A stretch of 64,000 nt of DNA, taken from Lingula anatina. Lineage: Eukaryota > Animalia > Brachiopoda. The stretch lies in NCBI GenBank assembly GCA_051362555.1, contig CM120649.1, positions 10,044,001-10,108,000 on the forward strand, written 5' to 3'. The position numbers were made by a program, and so were the translations under genes. The notes beneath the pieces were generated by a model that made no database searches, was not told the origin of the DNA, and saw only the letters and a list, made by a program, of their open reading frames with translations. Each line of letters begins with the position of its first letter. The first letter of the stretch is position 1. Positions 13,445 to 27,110 of the stretch are shown here, in pieces.

Positions 13445-15130
13445 ACTCATGAATCCATTGTGTCTTCAGTAGATGAGCTGAAGTGGATGTTGCCTACAGG
13501 ATCCCAAATACACTGCCTGCTGTACCCCGCTGACAAATTCAAACCCACCTATACCAACAGAGTAAAAAGACGCTTGGATAGTCACTTGGATAGTCACCTG
13601 ACTGCCTCCGTCAAATATGAGGGTAATTATTGTGCTTAAGTTTGGTTGTCAGGATAACGTGATACCCATAACGCTTTGAAAACGATGTCAGAAACAAAAT
13701 GTTCAATGTACGTATACAACGATTATGCCCAACACTTCACAATAACCATTTTTCAGACGTGTTGGTTTTGGTGTGCCGCTTGCCGGTGCTTCAAGCGTCC
13801 ACAACAGAGGTGAACATTACCACTGTCCATGCTGCGGAATAAATTTAGCCAGAAAGAAAATTTTGACTGAACACATGATTAAAAGACACAGGGAAGCTCA
13901 AATTCAAGCATGCCAAACAAACTGCGCGCCCCCAGTATTTTCAGCGCTGAAAACACTAAAAGAGCCCCTGGTCATTGCTTCAACATGAAAAACCTCAGCC
14001 AATGCTTCAGGCTCTGCAGCGGCCGCTGTAGAGACTAAAGTGTTAGCTGAAGGTGTCAAGGATACAGTGGTCGGTGTACAGCCTGAGGCATTAGCTGAAA
14101 TTGTAACACCTCCAGCGTCAACATCGACAACCACATCAGAACCACCTTAATTGGCTGAAGGCGTCAAGGATACAGTGGTCGGTGTAGAGCCTGAGGCATT
14201 GGCTGAAGTTGTAACACCTCCAGCGTCAACATTGACAACCACATCAGGACCACCTGCAGCCAATCCAACAGCTAAAACACAGGAGCCAGTAACAGTGTCA
14301 CTTTTGAAAAGAACAGTGTATCCAATGTCCTAAATGTCCTCTATGCAGAAAAAAAGTTTTACAAAAGAATTTAACTAGGCACCTTAGAACACATAAAACT
14401 TTTTCACAATATAATCAAGGCATTTTAGTGGACGAGGGGAGACAAATTTATCTAATATCAAGTAACAACCAGTGCCGCTATTTCCAGTGCATGTTCAGTA
14501 CACAGCTACACCCGCTTGTGGTAACAGAGATTGCACAAACATCATACAGACTGCCTTACGTGGAGGCATCGGCTATTTGTGTGACCACATCCATTCCATC
14601 CCATTCCTGCCTTTGCCAGGCAACAAACCAAGGATTATGAACTTGTCCAATTCTTCACTCGGTTCCCTGGATCGAATTCTTACTTCTGATTGAAGAATAC
14701 AATGCAGTGAAACAAAAGATGCTGCCAGAGCGACCCGCTCACCCCTTGTAGTTAAATGGGTACACATGCTTTTAAAGCAGTACACTTTCTATTCAGTCTA
14801 CGAGCAGGACACAAAGTACTGGTCCGTGTTTGGGCGGGTTGTCGTGACCCATAATTCAGCAACAAATGCACTGAAATGTGCATGCATAACCAAGAAAAAG
14901 ATTTGTGTACACAAAGCATTGGTGTTGTGGTTTATGGCAGAGGAATCGCCAGCGTTAGCAAGGTAAGTATATTCAGTGCAATCAATGCCAATACAGCCAA
15001 TACCAATGACAGAAACAGACACAGCAGTCCGGAACATATATCCACCAGTCAACACGGAGTGCATGAAGCAGATGATGGATTTTTGAAATAAGAAAATACC
15101 CATTGATTTAGCACCTCTGCGACCATCTCT
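13445..15130 (+). pseudogene. Degraded multi-exon C2H2 + SWIM zinc-finger protein, Zisupton/KDZ transposon-like
   Basis: CPCCGINLARKKILTEHMIKRH; CPLCRKKVLQKNLTRHLRTH; PVHVQ..C..C..CDH; YWSVFGRVVV...CACITKKKICVHK (SWIM-type CxC..CxH); YPP...KKIP; acceptors at about 13444 and 13756; internal 108-bp duplication 14043-14254. Confidence 0.6.
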
Positions 15131-15448
15131 GCCTCTGGATATTTTCTCTTAGAGCCATACAAACACATATTTAATTTACCGCATATGTGCGGTTCAATTA
15201 TCGCTTACCCCAAAGGCCCAGAACCGCATATGTGCATATCTTGGAAAGATCGGCTTCTGTACTCTTGTGTATCTTGAGTCACGGTATGATATATAGTTTA
15301 ACATCTGGGTATGTTTCTTGTCTCTCATTGTCACCATTTTTAAAGGACCATAGAAATACATGTATGCGAGAAAACGGTGATTTTCTAGACTTAGTTGGAG
15401 AAAGTAAAATCAAAATGGCGGCTCCTTCCTACGGTAGGGGCCTGCGAA

Positions 15449-15536
15449 TGGATACCATTATTGAAATGATTGAAAACTCGGACTCTGATGAGGAGTTTTC
15501 GAGTGACAGTGACATAGACATTGACATTCCTTTATC
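15449..15536 (+). pseudogene. Possible acidic N-terminus of a piggyBac-like transposase, truncated
   Basis: MDTIIEMIENSDSDEEFSSDSD downstream of AAAATGGCGG; cut off at a CAGGG terminus at 15537. Confidence 0.3.
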
Positions 15537-16221
15537 AGGGTTCCCGTTAGCGCAATTTTTGTGCGTCCCTGATCTGTTTTACCAAAATTGACCGCCAATT
15601 TTAAATGAATTGCGTCCATTTGACACACATTTATCTCAATGTAACATTATCTACTTGTTTTCTGTAAATGTCAGTAAAGGTCAGAAAGTTGCATTAGTGA
15701 CATTCTTTAAATGACCCTGGTTAGCTACAGCTTTCACGTGATAATTAAAGGCAGTGCCCAAAATAGGGTTTTCTTCAATTTTGATGCAATATTACATAAT
15801 GCTTAACAGTATAATGACCGTCAGTTTTTAATAATAAAATAAAAGTAGCATGGATATTCAGAAAATGTGACTAGCAAAGGTCTTCAAGCCCATTTGAAAG
15901 TTCAAAATGTTGATATGTGAAAAAGAAGGGAGGGTAAATTCATGTATGTCATATTGAATTGTCTGCACCTTGCACATATAATTAACATAATTTATATATA
16001 TGTTAACATAGTTCAGAGAGCACAGTCTCCCTCAAAACAGGAGACTGTCATTATATGTGTTGGATGTTAGAACTTGTATGTGTTAGTTTGAGAATGTAAT
16101 GGAATTATTTAATGTCAGAATGAGGACTGTGATGGACCATAAAATGATTTATCTTAGGTACTCAGTGTACTTCAGTTTGGTATTATTGTCTCTAATTTTG
16201 TCCTCTTGTTTTCATTTACAG

Positions 16222-16580
16222 GAAGGTATGAAATAAGCATCTTGACCATAACAGATCCACCAGAAAACCTTATGTGCAGAAAAATTGATCCAACTTGGGT
16301 GAAAGAAATTAAGAAGGGATTAAAGGCATCTCCAGTAAATTACAGTCATCTTGCCATGTCTTTTGCTGAGCGATGAAGACTTTGATGAGGCAAAACTGCC
16401 AACTTACAAAATAGTTTCACTTGGAGGACACCATCTTCGAGTGGCCTGCCAGCAGCTTCTTCAGGAGTGTGATGAAAACCGTTTGGATTGTATCAGAACA
16501 ATTCAGGTGGACTTATATCGCAAATTGTCCCAGCATCAAGCACTGCAGAAGGCAAACCTTCATAACCTCAAAAGTGAAGT
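16222..16580 (+). pseudogene. Frameshifted exon encoding a ParB/Sulfiredoxin-like domain
   Basis: tttacag acceptor; CRKIDPTWVKEIK...P / VILPCL...YKIVSLGGHHLRVACQQL...VDLYRKLSQHQALQKANLHN; one frameshift near 16340. Confidence 0.55.
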
Positions 16581-19175
16581 ATCACAGATAATGATAACTA
16601 TTATAGAAAAATGATTTAAACTGTGTTCCTTTTATTTCCAAGAAAAGAGGAACGGCAGTATATTTATAGAAATGGTGGGAACTAAGAGAGCATGCAATAA
16701 TATCCATATCTCACAATGTCAAAACATAATTTCCCTGGCAGTAGTAAAAATGCTGAATAACTAATTTATCTTGAAAACTTAAATATGAGAAATGTAATTG
16801 ATCTGTATGGGATTTAAGTGCAAGTTTTTCTAACTACCAGACAAATCAGCCAGAAAGTGGCAAGGTTGGGTTCTCACAGAATACACTCATATTACTCACA
16901 GTGAATCATCTTTATGACTTTATTAAATGTGTGAAATAGTAAAGCTTTGCGTTGCGTTTTTACCGAGATACAGCCCCATGCATATTTAACCCTCACGTGG
17001 AGAGTCCGCTTAACTTTTCAGCTGTGTGAGTGATGCATTTTCCCTCAAATTTACTCTACAAAATGCACATGATTTGTTCGGTACATTACTTCGACCTTTA
17101 CTATATTTGAAAGATTGATAAATAATCTTTATAACAACAGAAAATTTTATCATAATTTCGTGGCTATGGTTACAAACTATCGAGGTCATTTGGGGTCAAT
17201 TGATGCTTCTTTCAGATACCCACCCTACATATAGCCTAATATCTCCACTGGTAGAGCACCAGCAACGCAAATCTTCCTATTTTCAGGCTATTTCATCGTA
17301 AAACATACCAGTCAAATCTCGCTTCCCAGAGTTTCGATTTTCATTAAAGACTGTTTAAATCAGTTCCAACGTGAATCAGTGCCTAAATTACTAAAATAAG
17401 CTCCAGTATCTTGTATGAATTTATTCCCGGATAAAATGTTATAAAGTAATAACATATACAAAAACGTCGGTTGTTTGTTGTTTTCTCTTCTCAATTAATA
17501 AAGATTTTAGGTTTATCTTATTTTTAATTTATATTGTATGCCATAGCATTATAGAAAATGCACTGCTGGTTGAACAATGGCTATATAAGCACTTGAGCAA
17601 AGGATAGAAACTTACAGCTTGAAAATGGTTAACATCTTGACCGGTGCTACATAAATTTCAGTAACAAATGACCAAAATATAAAAATGGAGGTTTAAATTT
17701 TCAAAAGTAGGCTTTGATAGAGGGACATTACCTTCTTTTGTAAAGTATACTGTTTAAATTTGCCATGATTAGAGGAACTGAGCAGGTATTACTGGCCAAG
17801 ACAAGAGCAACACCAATCTAAATTCTTACATTTTCAGACATCAATATATCTCCAACAAAATAAAAGTCCATGAAGATCTCTTTTGTATTTTATCACCCTA
17901 ATGTTCCTTTATAAACACATAAAGGTTTTACGGTCATAGGACCTCTACCAATGGACCTCTACTCTTTGAATGCTCAAATATGGTTTTGGGGGGTGGGGTG
18001 CAAAATGTGGGTACAGTACGGACTAGGTGGGTGATATTTTTTGTTTGAATGTCTTGGGAGGAAGAATATTGATTGACAAAAAATATTATATAGGAATATT
18101 GTAAATATATAGCTAGATAAGGGGGAAATAAGCATATATATGAGTTGCATGGCTGCTGACTGAAAATCTGCTTCGAAAGCCGGAAAAATAAAAAATTGGG
18201 CATAAATCCCTTGAAATACGGTTTTGGGGCTTAATGTTTGGCAGAAGTTAAAAGGGCAAGTATTTCAGCACAATAAGGTCAAATTTTATGAACCCTCACC
18301 TTGCCGCACTTGTCTGGTGCTTAAAAAAACTGGCACTTAAACCTAACCATTGCATACCCTTGCACTGTAAAGCACTCACTGATTCAGTGAGATTAAATGT
18401 CCCTGTTAAAATCTTTCAGACAACTTTGCCAGATCAGGTTAGGCATGTAAAAAAAAAAAACTATATTCCACGACAAATACACCAGAGGATCAAGAACCCC
18501 CTAGTGAGCCTGAAAATTTCAAGTGTGAATGTCTCATTGAACTAGCAATGGAAAACAAGGTATAACAAAAGATTTGAAAGTGCTTAAAATAAAAAATGTG
18601 TTTCTAATGGTCAGCTGCATTCAGTATCCTGGGAATCCTACCAAGATTTGTTATGGACAAAAATGCATGGATTAGCAACTTTGACAATTTGCATATATCA
18701 GCAAAACAACATTTTCAGAAACTACAGACTTATTGACAATCATGCACTGCAAATTAAAGTAATCATTTTGATCAGGTGAAAAGAATTTTAAAAGAAAAGT
18801 GTGTCTATATATCAACATAAACTTTACAGCCTGCAAGAAGTGTGAGTTTCCTGTTCAACATGACCAGTTATCCAGGGTAGAAACTATGCCACCACCACAA
18901 TATAGTCAGGCATGCAGCACAGAAGAACATCTGTACTGCCCAAGAAAAGCACAAAATATTATGACTTGAGACACCAGAGTGAGGTAGGAATTAATTTCTT
19001 GCTAATGATTCACTAAGGTTTAAAAACTTAAGTATTGTATTATTTTCACAGAAAATCTATATCTTTATCAAATACATTGACATTGTGTAATTTCCTTTAT
19101 AGTACGTAGTATCACTGGTGTGTGGCAGAGATTCATTTTATCCATCGCTAATACATATCATTTTTTATATTTTTC

Positions 19176-19316
19176 AAGAAGGACTTTCAGATTGGAAGTA
19201 AAGTGTTAAAGAAAAACCTCAAAAGGGAAGATAGAAAGGGGGACAAAGCTGCCCCAAGGTGTATGGGGACATACACAATAGTGGCAAGGAAGCCAAACGG
19301 CACATATATTTTGGAA
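19176..19316 (+). pseudogene. GPY/F-like integrase C-terminal fragment (Ginger/GIN or Gypsy type)
   Basis: DFQIGSKVLKKNLKREDRKGDKAAPRCMGTYTIV...GTY fits FxxGxxVL..N...RKGxK....GPYxI. Confidence 0.55.
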
Positions 19317-19443
19317 ATTTTACAATGGAAAAAGTTTTATGCCTCCATTTTGTTCTTCTTTTATGATTGAGAATCCACCAGGATTTTTAGGAATTAATAC
19401 CCCTGGAAAATTTTGAAAATATGTGAATAAAATTTCGCTTCTG

Positions 19444-19915
19444 ACTGGGGCAATGACAGCCTAGAGTATCTACTGGAATATTTTGGCAAGGGCAAAAGTC
19501 AAGTCTTTAAAGACAAAGATAATGTATCTGTCACTACTACATCTTCAGCCATTGTGGATGCAGATGATGCCAGAGAGGAATGGGCTAAGCTAAAGCAGCT
19601 TGTTATCCAACAGAAGTATCCAAGAAACTCCTTGGTCTCTCTTTGGAACATTCTGATGCAGTATCACAGCCAGAGCTTCCCTTATCTTGTTAAGATTGCA
19701 GCCCATGCTCTCTCCCATCCAGTTCATACAGCTGACTGTGAAAGAGCATTTAGCTCTCAAAATCGTGTGACATCACCTCTTAGAAACAGATTATCGAGTG
19801 AAAATTGTGACATGTTGATGAAGGTCATGATGGAAGGGGGTGAACTGATTCATTTTGATTTTAAGTGCCATTGTTAAATGGCAAAATATGAAAGAGAGGG
19901 TATTGTTTACTATAC
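19444..19915 (+). pseudogene. hAT transposase C-terminal dimerization domain (ZNF862-like)
   Basis: EEWAKLK...FPYLVKIAAHALSHPVHTADCERAFSSQNRVTSPLRNRL; possible right terminus ...GATCCCTG at 20229. Confidence 0.85.
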
Positions 19916-20821
19916 ATTAGGAGACTGTGTCATTGCCATCGCCATAGTGGCTGTACACTTTCAGTGATAACACGTTCACCTAACAACCATCAACATTTTG
20001 TCTTAAAACTAACAGACCTGATCAATGTTCAAAAAATGTATGGAAAAAACAACCTTGTAATTATACTTTGAAAATTTCTTTTTCTTTAATAAAAGATTTA
20101 GTAGCATGTCTTTTTTCAGTGTTTTTTATCATATAAAAACATTGAAATATAATAAATTTTTACTAACCACTGAAATGTAATAAATTATGACCAAGTGGCC
20201 CACCAGATTTTGACTCAGGAAGATCCCTGACAATTTTTTAAAAAATTAAATTTCTTGATAAATCTCATTGCACGGAGAACCTGCGAGAAATAATTCCATC
20301 ACTTCCAGACAAATGGAATTTTCTTTCATCATACTCATTTTTACAGAGTAATCCCTGAATAATGTCTTTTTTTCTTGTTCCTTTCCCTCAGTAAAAGCCC
20401 ATATTTCATCTGAAGTACTAGTAATGAGATATCTTTACCGCTTCTGTTAATTATTAGAAATTCTGTAACAGTCACCCAAGAATAAGCTTACTGCCATGGA
20501 AAGCACTTTACAACCACAACCAGAATGTTTATGTTTCCGTTTGGGTAAGTTTTGTTCTCTTTGGAAGTTTGGGGTATCTGTGAGCCTTGATACCAATACC
20601 TAAGATCTGCCAAATATATTGACAGTGATGATTTATGGTGACAATTCAGATTGCATCAATTTAGAGGTTGTTGAATCCAGTCCAACAACTTTTCATAACA
20701 CAGGCACTTCCCAAGTTCCAGCAAGAACCTTGAGTGAGACACTGAGATAGAATTAATTTAGTCAGGAAAGTCTAATGTCCGTCTATTTGTATGATTGTTA
20801 TTATAGCTCCATTAAACACTG

Positions 20822-22644
20822 TTGCAAGTTGGAACACTGGTGTTTGTAGAGAGAGGGCAGTTGGTAACATTAACTGCAGCAGTAAATGCAGGGGGCCAAT
20901 CCATACCACCATTTTTTATATTCCCCAGAGTTAATTTTCAGGCATTTTCTGAGAGGGGCCCCGAATGGTTCTTCAGGAGCGGCCCACAGATCTGGCTGGA
21001 TGACAGAAGAAAATTTTTTGAATATTATGCATCATTTCATTACTCTTAGATAACCATGAATCCCATCTAGGTGTCTCAGCACTTAATCTAGCAAGAGAAA
21101 ATGGCATAGTCATGCTTTTTTTCCCTCCACACTGATTCCACAAATTGCACAAACTGGCCACTGAGACTGAACTCAAAACCAAAAGAATGAAGAGACGTAC
21201 AAAACCAGTTAAAAGGAGAATCAAGTAGCAAGAGCAAGATGCTGAATGTTTAGTATGTGGAGAACCATTTACTAATAGTAAAGCTGCTGAAACATGGGTT
21301 AGATGTATCCGTTGTTTGAATTGGTCACATGAAGAATGCACACCACGAGACCAAAACTACATATGTGATAACTGTGAATCTTTTTTGTTAAAACAAAGAC
21401 AAGGATTTATGAAACTAATACCAGTATAAGGTTGATATTGTAAATTACCATTGAAACATGTTTATTTGCTATTATTTGTTAAAAACCCATTAATACCATT
21501 ATTCATGTTAGTCTGTTTGAAATAAGAGAATTTGTTGTTTGAATTGGCTACGTATACATGAAGAGCGACGCACACCAGGAAATCAAAAATACATTTGTGA
21601 TAATTGTGCACCTGTTGTTTGAATGTTAAAAGCAATGAGCTGAAGCTCACAGTTCAAACAAAGTAAAGGGTTTGAGAATTGAATACCAATTTAAGATTGA
21701 ATTTGTTAGTTTCTTTAGAAACAAGAGTTTATTATATGTTTGAAAAGTAGTTTTATACCATTATTTGTTTCTTTTAAATTGATGTATTTGTAGTTTGAAT
21801 TGGTCAAATGAAGGACGCAAACCAGAAGGCTGAAACTACATTTGATAATATTATGAATCTGATATTAAAACAAAGTCAACATTTAGGACTGGGTTCCCAT
21901 ACTTAGATCGATCCATCTGGATCGACCTAACTCCCTGGGGGTTCATGCTAAATTGCTATCAGCTCAAGAGGTTTAAATGTCTGCCACGCCTACCGAATCA
22001 GCTAGGGGTAAAGATAATTACCCCCTAACAGTTTTACAAGGAGTGACAGATGTTTAAACCAGTCAGTTTGATAGCAATTTAGTGAGACTCCCCAGGGAGA
22101 AAGATCAATCCAAATATCTGTGGGAATGGTCCCTAAGTTGTGCATTTAATACCAGTTAAAGGTTGAAATTGTTACTTACTTTTATAACAAGAGTTAATTA
22201 TTTGTTAGCATTCATAAAAAACATGTTTTATACCATTATTTGTTTATTTCAAAATAAAAATGTTTGAATCAAAAATATTTGGGCTCCTGTTATATTTTTC
22301 TACGTATGCAAAGTAATGATATAACACACAGAAACCTTAATAAATCTGCCTCATTTGAACTACTGATTCAGCAAAGACTCTAAAAATTCAACTTAATATA
22401 ATAAGAATGTGTAAAAGTGCATTTAATGTCATTAACGCGGAATAAAAACTGTATTTATTAGGGTAGGGAGTCAACTTGCCCCAGCCCCCCTGACGTCACA
22501 TGTGGTTTTTGTTTAATTGTGTTCCACCTGGAATTATTTTAAAAAAATTATGACATTGCATTTATAGCATTTATAACTCATTCCTAGTTGTCTCTACAAG
22601 ACCAAAAGTGTCTAAGTGGGCCAACTAGCCCCGGACTCCCCTAC
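20822..22644 (+). mobile_element. 3' half of a pogo-type transposon (DDE_1 plus C-terminal PHD finger) with right TIR
   Basis: ERGQLVTLTAAVNAGGQSIPPFFIFPR...SGWMTEENF...LDNHESH...FPPH; CLVCGEPF...WVRCIRCLNWSHEEC...YICDNC; end GGGCCAACTAGCCCCGGACTCCCCTAC matches the right end of 35735-36729. Confidence 0.85.
21886..22133. mobile_element. Harbinger-type foldback MITE (family also at 50246, 58784; partial near 49165)
   Basis: TTA/TAA flanks, TTCCCA...TGGGAA imperfect TIRs, shared central AATTACCCC. Confidence 0.75.
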
Positions 22645-22739
22645 ACAATTCCTACTCTCAGACTATACAACCTCTGAACCAATGAAACCTCATGCAAGTG
22701 AACCTTCTGACTAGCACACCTTTGGAACAGCTGGACATT

Positions 22740-23172
22740 TACATCTTCAAACTATCAGACCAATGAACCTTCTGACTATTATAAAACCTTTTGAACCATT
22801 GGATCTTGGCATCATCAAACTATCAGACCAATGAACCTTCTGACTATTGAACCTTTTAAACCATTGGATCTTGGCATCATCAAACTATCAGACCAATGAA
22901 CCTTCTGACTATTGAACCTTTTAATCCATTGGATCTTGGCATCATCAAACTATCAGACCAATGAACCTTCTGATTATTGAACCTTTTAAACCATTGGATC
23001 TTGGCATCATCTAACTATCAGACCAATGAACCTTCTGACTATTGAACCTTTTAAACCATTGGATCTTGGCATCATTAAACAATATCAGACCAATGAACCT
23101 TCTGACTACTGAACCTTTTGAACCATTGGATGTTGGCATCATCAAACTATCAGACCAGTGAACCTTCTGACT
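22740..23172. repeat. 65-bp minisatellite, about 6.5 copies
   Basis: Unit CATCATCAAACTATCAGACCAATGAACCTTCTGACTATTGAACCTTTTAAACCATTGGATCTTGG; GGATCTTGGC at 22801, 22866, 22931. Confidence 0.95.
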
Positions 23173-26100
23173 GCTGTCATTCACCATTTAACAATGAACT
23201 TACAAAAATTTCATAAATTCACAAAAATACTATTTAGTAATCAAAATAAATATCAGAAACAAAGTAAGACAAAAATACACAAACATATCTACATTTTCTT
23301 CTTCAATTTGATACACTCAGGACATACTGTAGTATCTTATCCAAACTGCTAAAGATAACAAAACAATATAAAAAAAAATCTAATCATGCTGATTTTCTAG
23401 AGGAATTAAAGTTAAAACAAAAATACAGTTTATCAGTTAAAGGGTAAACAACAGATGTGTCACAAAGTGCTGACTATGGCAATGACACTGGACAGACAGT
23501 GATCAGAATATAGACAGACTGAAAGTGTCTGTATATAATAAATATGTCATAAAACTTGCAATTGCAACTTAATGTCCTCACAATAACAGAGATCATATCT
23601 GCACTGAAATATGTGCATACACATTAACACATTTTCAATGACATCTTTTTCTGTTCAGTGATGGCTTATTGTCTACCACAATCTTACTGTATATGCTACC
23701 TCTACTAGTACTGTAACGATTTCCATGCATATGGGGAAATTATTAAAACACATCACAACTGAGCTGAAATAGCAATTCACTTTTAAACATTTCCATTGTC
23801 TATTTGTCTTCAGTGATAGAGTATTGTCTAACACAATCTCCTTGCTTTATATACCCTGCCTCTATAGTTTCCATGCATATGGGGGAAATGGATTCTTTGT
23901 GTTACCTGGAACCCACATTTGTTGTACAATTGTACTGTTCCATATAAATGGCTGTCCTGTCTCTGGCTGTTCATTCATCCTAAAACTTGCCACATCCTGT
24001 GTCTTGCACAAATGGGTGAGATGAAGATGTTCCTGTTGCTGCCTTTTTATGTCTGCTTCTTATAAAATACATTCCCTCCATGTTCAGCCAGGTAAGGTTA
24101 GTTCACCTAGAAGACAAACTGCATGGAGACTGGAGCTGGAAAAAGAGACATGACAATGTATAAGTGAAATTTATCTTAATACAAAGAAAAGACAAAAACC
24201 TGACAGTCCACCAGAGCCAGTTAGGAAAATATTAAAACTATGGTAAACTGCCAAGTGCCCATCTTATATGGTAAACATCAGTATTGTGGTGATTGCACTG
24301 TGATAAGTTAAAAATGACCTTTGCCTTTTGGAGGCTGCTGGACACAATTGTGACTGTCAAACCAGCACATTCTCAGACTGAGACAGTTAAATAAACAGAA
24401 CTCTGCCGAATATGTTGGAATTATTGTGAAATTTGCACACAAAATGCTTAACACCTGTAAAAATCTGGGATAATTATATCAATTGGCTGTGACTAATTGA
24501 AAGATATTTTTGAGGAGTAATTTGAGAGGAGCCACTAAGGAAATTACTAATAAAAATTCTAAATCATGACAAAATTATCTTACTTAAAGGAAACAAAAAT
24601 ATGATAACTGGTTTCTTTCTCTACAGAGGAAGATAAGGAGATCAATTATCTATTGTCACATGACTTGTAAAACAATATCAACCATTAGTTTAGTGTAGCA
24701 CCTGCAAGCAGTCCAGTTACTGTGATGGCAATGGGTCATCCCAGGGAAGTATTGACCACTTCTCCACTTTGGGTCCAATACATTTCATCTCATACTGACC
24801 ACATCAAACAGGCCACTATGAAGACGCTTCACAATGTACAACAACTGTCAAACCATGCACACATGAACTAGAAAAAAGATAAACATTCATTAAACAAGGC
24901 ATTCAACCTCTTGACCACTGATGATCAAAAGCTTATAACTTCAGCCAACAAAGGAACATTTCCTTCAGCCACTATATTTGAAGAGTGAAATGCACATGAA
25001 CAATGTTTTAATAGTATTCATTTTATGCATATAACTTTAATGATTTAAATTGAACAAATGCATTGTTAACAAATGAGAGGTGTAGATCAAAAATGCCATT
25101 AATGACTATAAAGCTACAATGCACACTAATATTTAAAGTTTGTTTTAAATAGACAAGTGTGGATTATTTTAGCTATCCATGCTTTTCAAGTCACATTGAA
25201 AACCAATTAATCAAAAAATTGTGATAATTGGTGTTTTTGTCTCTACAGAGGAAACAACTAACTGTTCATTTTGTGTACTACCTGCAAGAAGTCCAGTTCC
25301 CTGTTTACCATGGCTGTCCTGTCTCTGGCTCTTCACAACCCATTCATCCTGAAACTTGCTGTGTCTTGCACAACTCTGTGGATGAAGGGATATTCCTGCA
25401 GCTGTTATTTCCTGTCTATTTTATATTAACAATGAATGTCCCCCATGTCCAGCCAGGTAAAGTCTGTTCACCTAGAAGACACCATGCTGTATGGAGACTG
25501 GAGCTAGAAAAAAAGAGACAAAAGATTATATGAATGAATTAAGTGATATAAATTATCTTAATAAAAAGACAAAACCCTGACAGTCCACAAGAGCCAGCAG
25601 AATATTTAACCAAAAATATTCTGCCTAATGTCCACCAAATATGACAGACATCACAGTTATGGTGACTGAACAGGGACAAGTTTAAGATGTATTTTGGAGG
25701 CTGCTGGGCACAATTGTGACTGGTACAACTGTCACAATCTTAAACTGACCAAAGTTACTAGTAAATAAACAGAACTCTGCCAAATCATCTGGGATTTTTG
25801 AGAAATTTGCTCATAAATTGCCTATAAACAATGCCTGTAATAATCTTGGATAAGTATATCAGTTGAATGTGCCTTGTAGAAGTACATTTTGTGAGGAGTA
25901 ACATAAGAGAAGTGAAAAAATTTATTTAAATTGGAAGGAAGCACAAAATATGATAACTGGTTTGTTGATCTACACGGGAAGTATAAAAGACTATTATAAC
26001 ACAACTACTAAAACAAAACCAAGCAATAATTTTGTGCACTACCTGCAAGGAAGCATTTTTGGCATGGTGATGGGTGAGGGTGGGTTATGACCACTGCTCC

Positions 26101-26214
26101 ACCTTGGGTCAAATACATATCATCTGTTATAGAAGTCGTGGGTCTCACTTGCTATGTGCTTCTTTCATACTCGTTCCCATAACCACGTCATCCACCAGGT
26201 GGTGGCCCCAGTCA

Positions 26215-26704
26215 AGCAATCCACCTTCATCCTGATTACATAGAAATTATCTCAGATTATTTTTTTTAGGACAGCGATCCACCTTCATCCTGATTACATA
26301 GAAATTATCTCAGATAACTTTTTTCTAGGACAGCGATCCGCCTTCATCCTGATCACATACAAATTATCTCAGATTACTATTTTTTCAGGACAGCAATCCG
26401 CCTTCATCCTGATTAAATATAAATTATCTCAGATTACTTTTTTTTCAGGGCAGCAATCCGCCTTCATCCTGATTAAATATAAATTATATCAGATTACTTT
26501 ATTTTCAGGACAGCAATCTGCCTTCATCCTGATTAAATATAAATTATCTCAGATTACTTTTTTTTTCAGGACAGCGATTCGCCTTCATCCTGATTAAATA
26601 TATATAAATTATGCTCAGATTACTTTTTTTAAGACAGCAATCCGCCTTCATCCTGATTACATACAAATTATCTCAGATTACTATTTTTTTCAGGACAGCG
26701 ATTC
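26215..26704. repeat. About 60-bp minisatellite, 8 copies
   Basis: CCTTCATCCTGAT recurs at about 26223, 26282, 26341, 26401, 26461, 26521, 26582, 26645. Confidence 0.95.
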
Positions 26705-27110
26705 TGTAAATGAGTCCTTCAAATATACTTAATTCTTCTTTCATGTGCAAGTATGGTTCGATGTCCTCATCTTTACTATATAGATTCCAATCTCCTGCTG
26801 AGATTCTCTCTCCAAGTTTGATTAGTGTTGGGTCAGTGAGGGTTTCCTAAGCTATCTCATCAAGAATCACTGCATTTTCAGATTTTACCATCCATCTGAT
26901 CCTCCTCTCTGTACTATCACCACCGTTTGTGGCCATGGGTGTCTGGAGAGACAATCAATAGAGTCTGCATCATTCTTTCCTGGCTCATATACCACTTCAT
27001 AGTCAACATCTTATAAGTCCATCATCCATTCAGGACTCTATTCTCGGTGGTAATCTGCTTGTGCTTTGTTAAAGGTACATACGAACCGAGCATCGGTGGA
27101 GCGTGGATTC
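26705..27110 (-). pseudogene. Ty3/Gypsy pol fragment (RNase H end and linker to integrase)
   Basis: Minus strand: WMMDL*DVDYEVVYEPGKNDADSIDCLSRHP...ETLTDPTLIKLGERISAGDW...PYLHMKEELSIFEGLIYR. Confidence 0.8.

Noticed and set aside
22740-26704. 65-bp and 60-bp arrays as CRISPR arrays
   Set aside because: Whole units repeat head to tail; there is no repeat-spacer alternation
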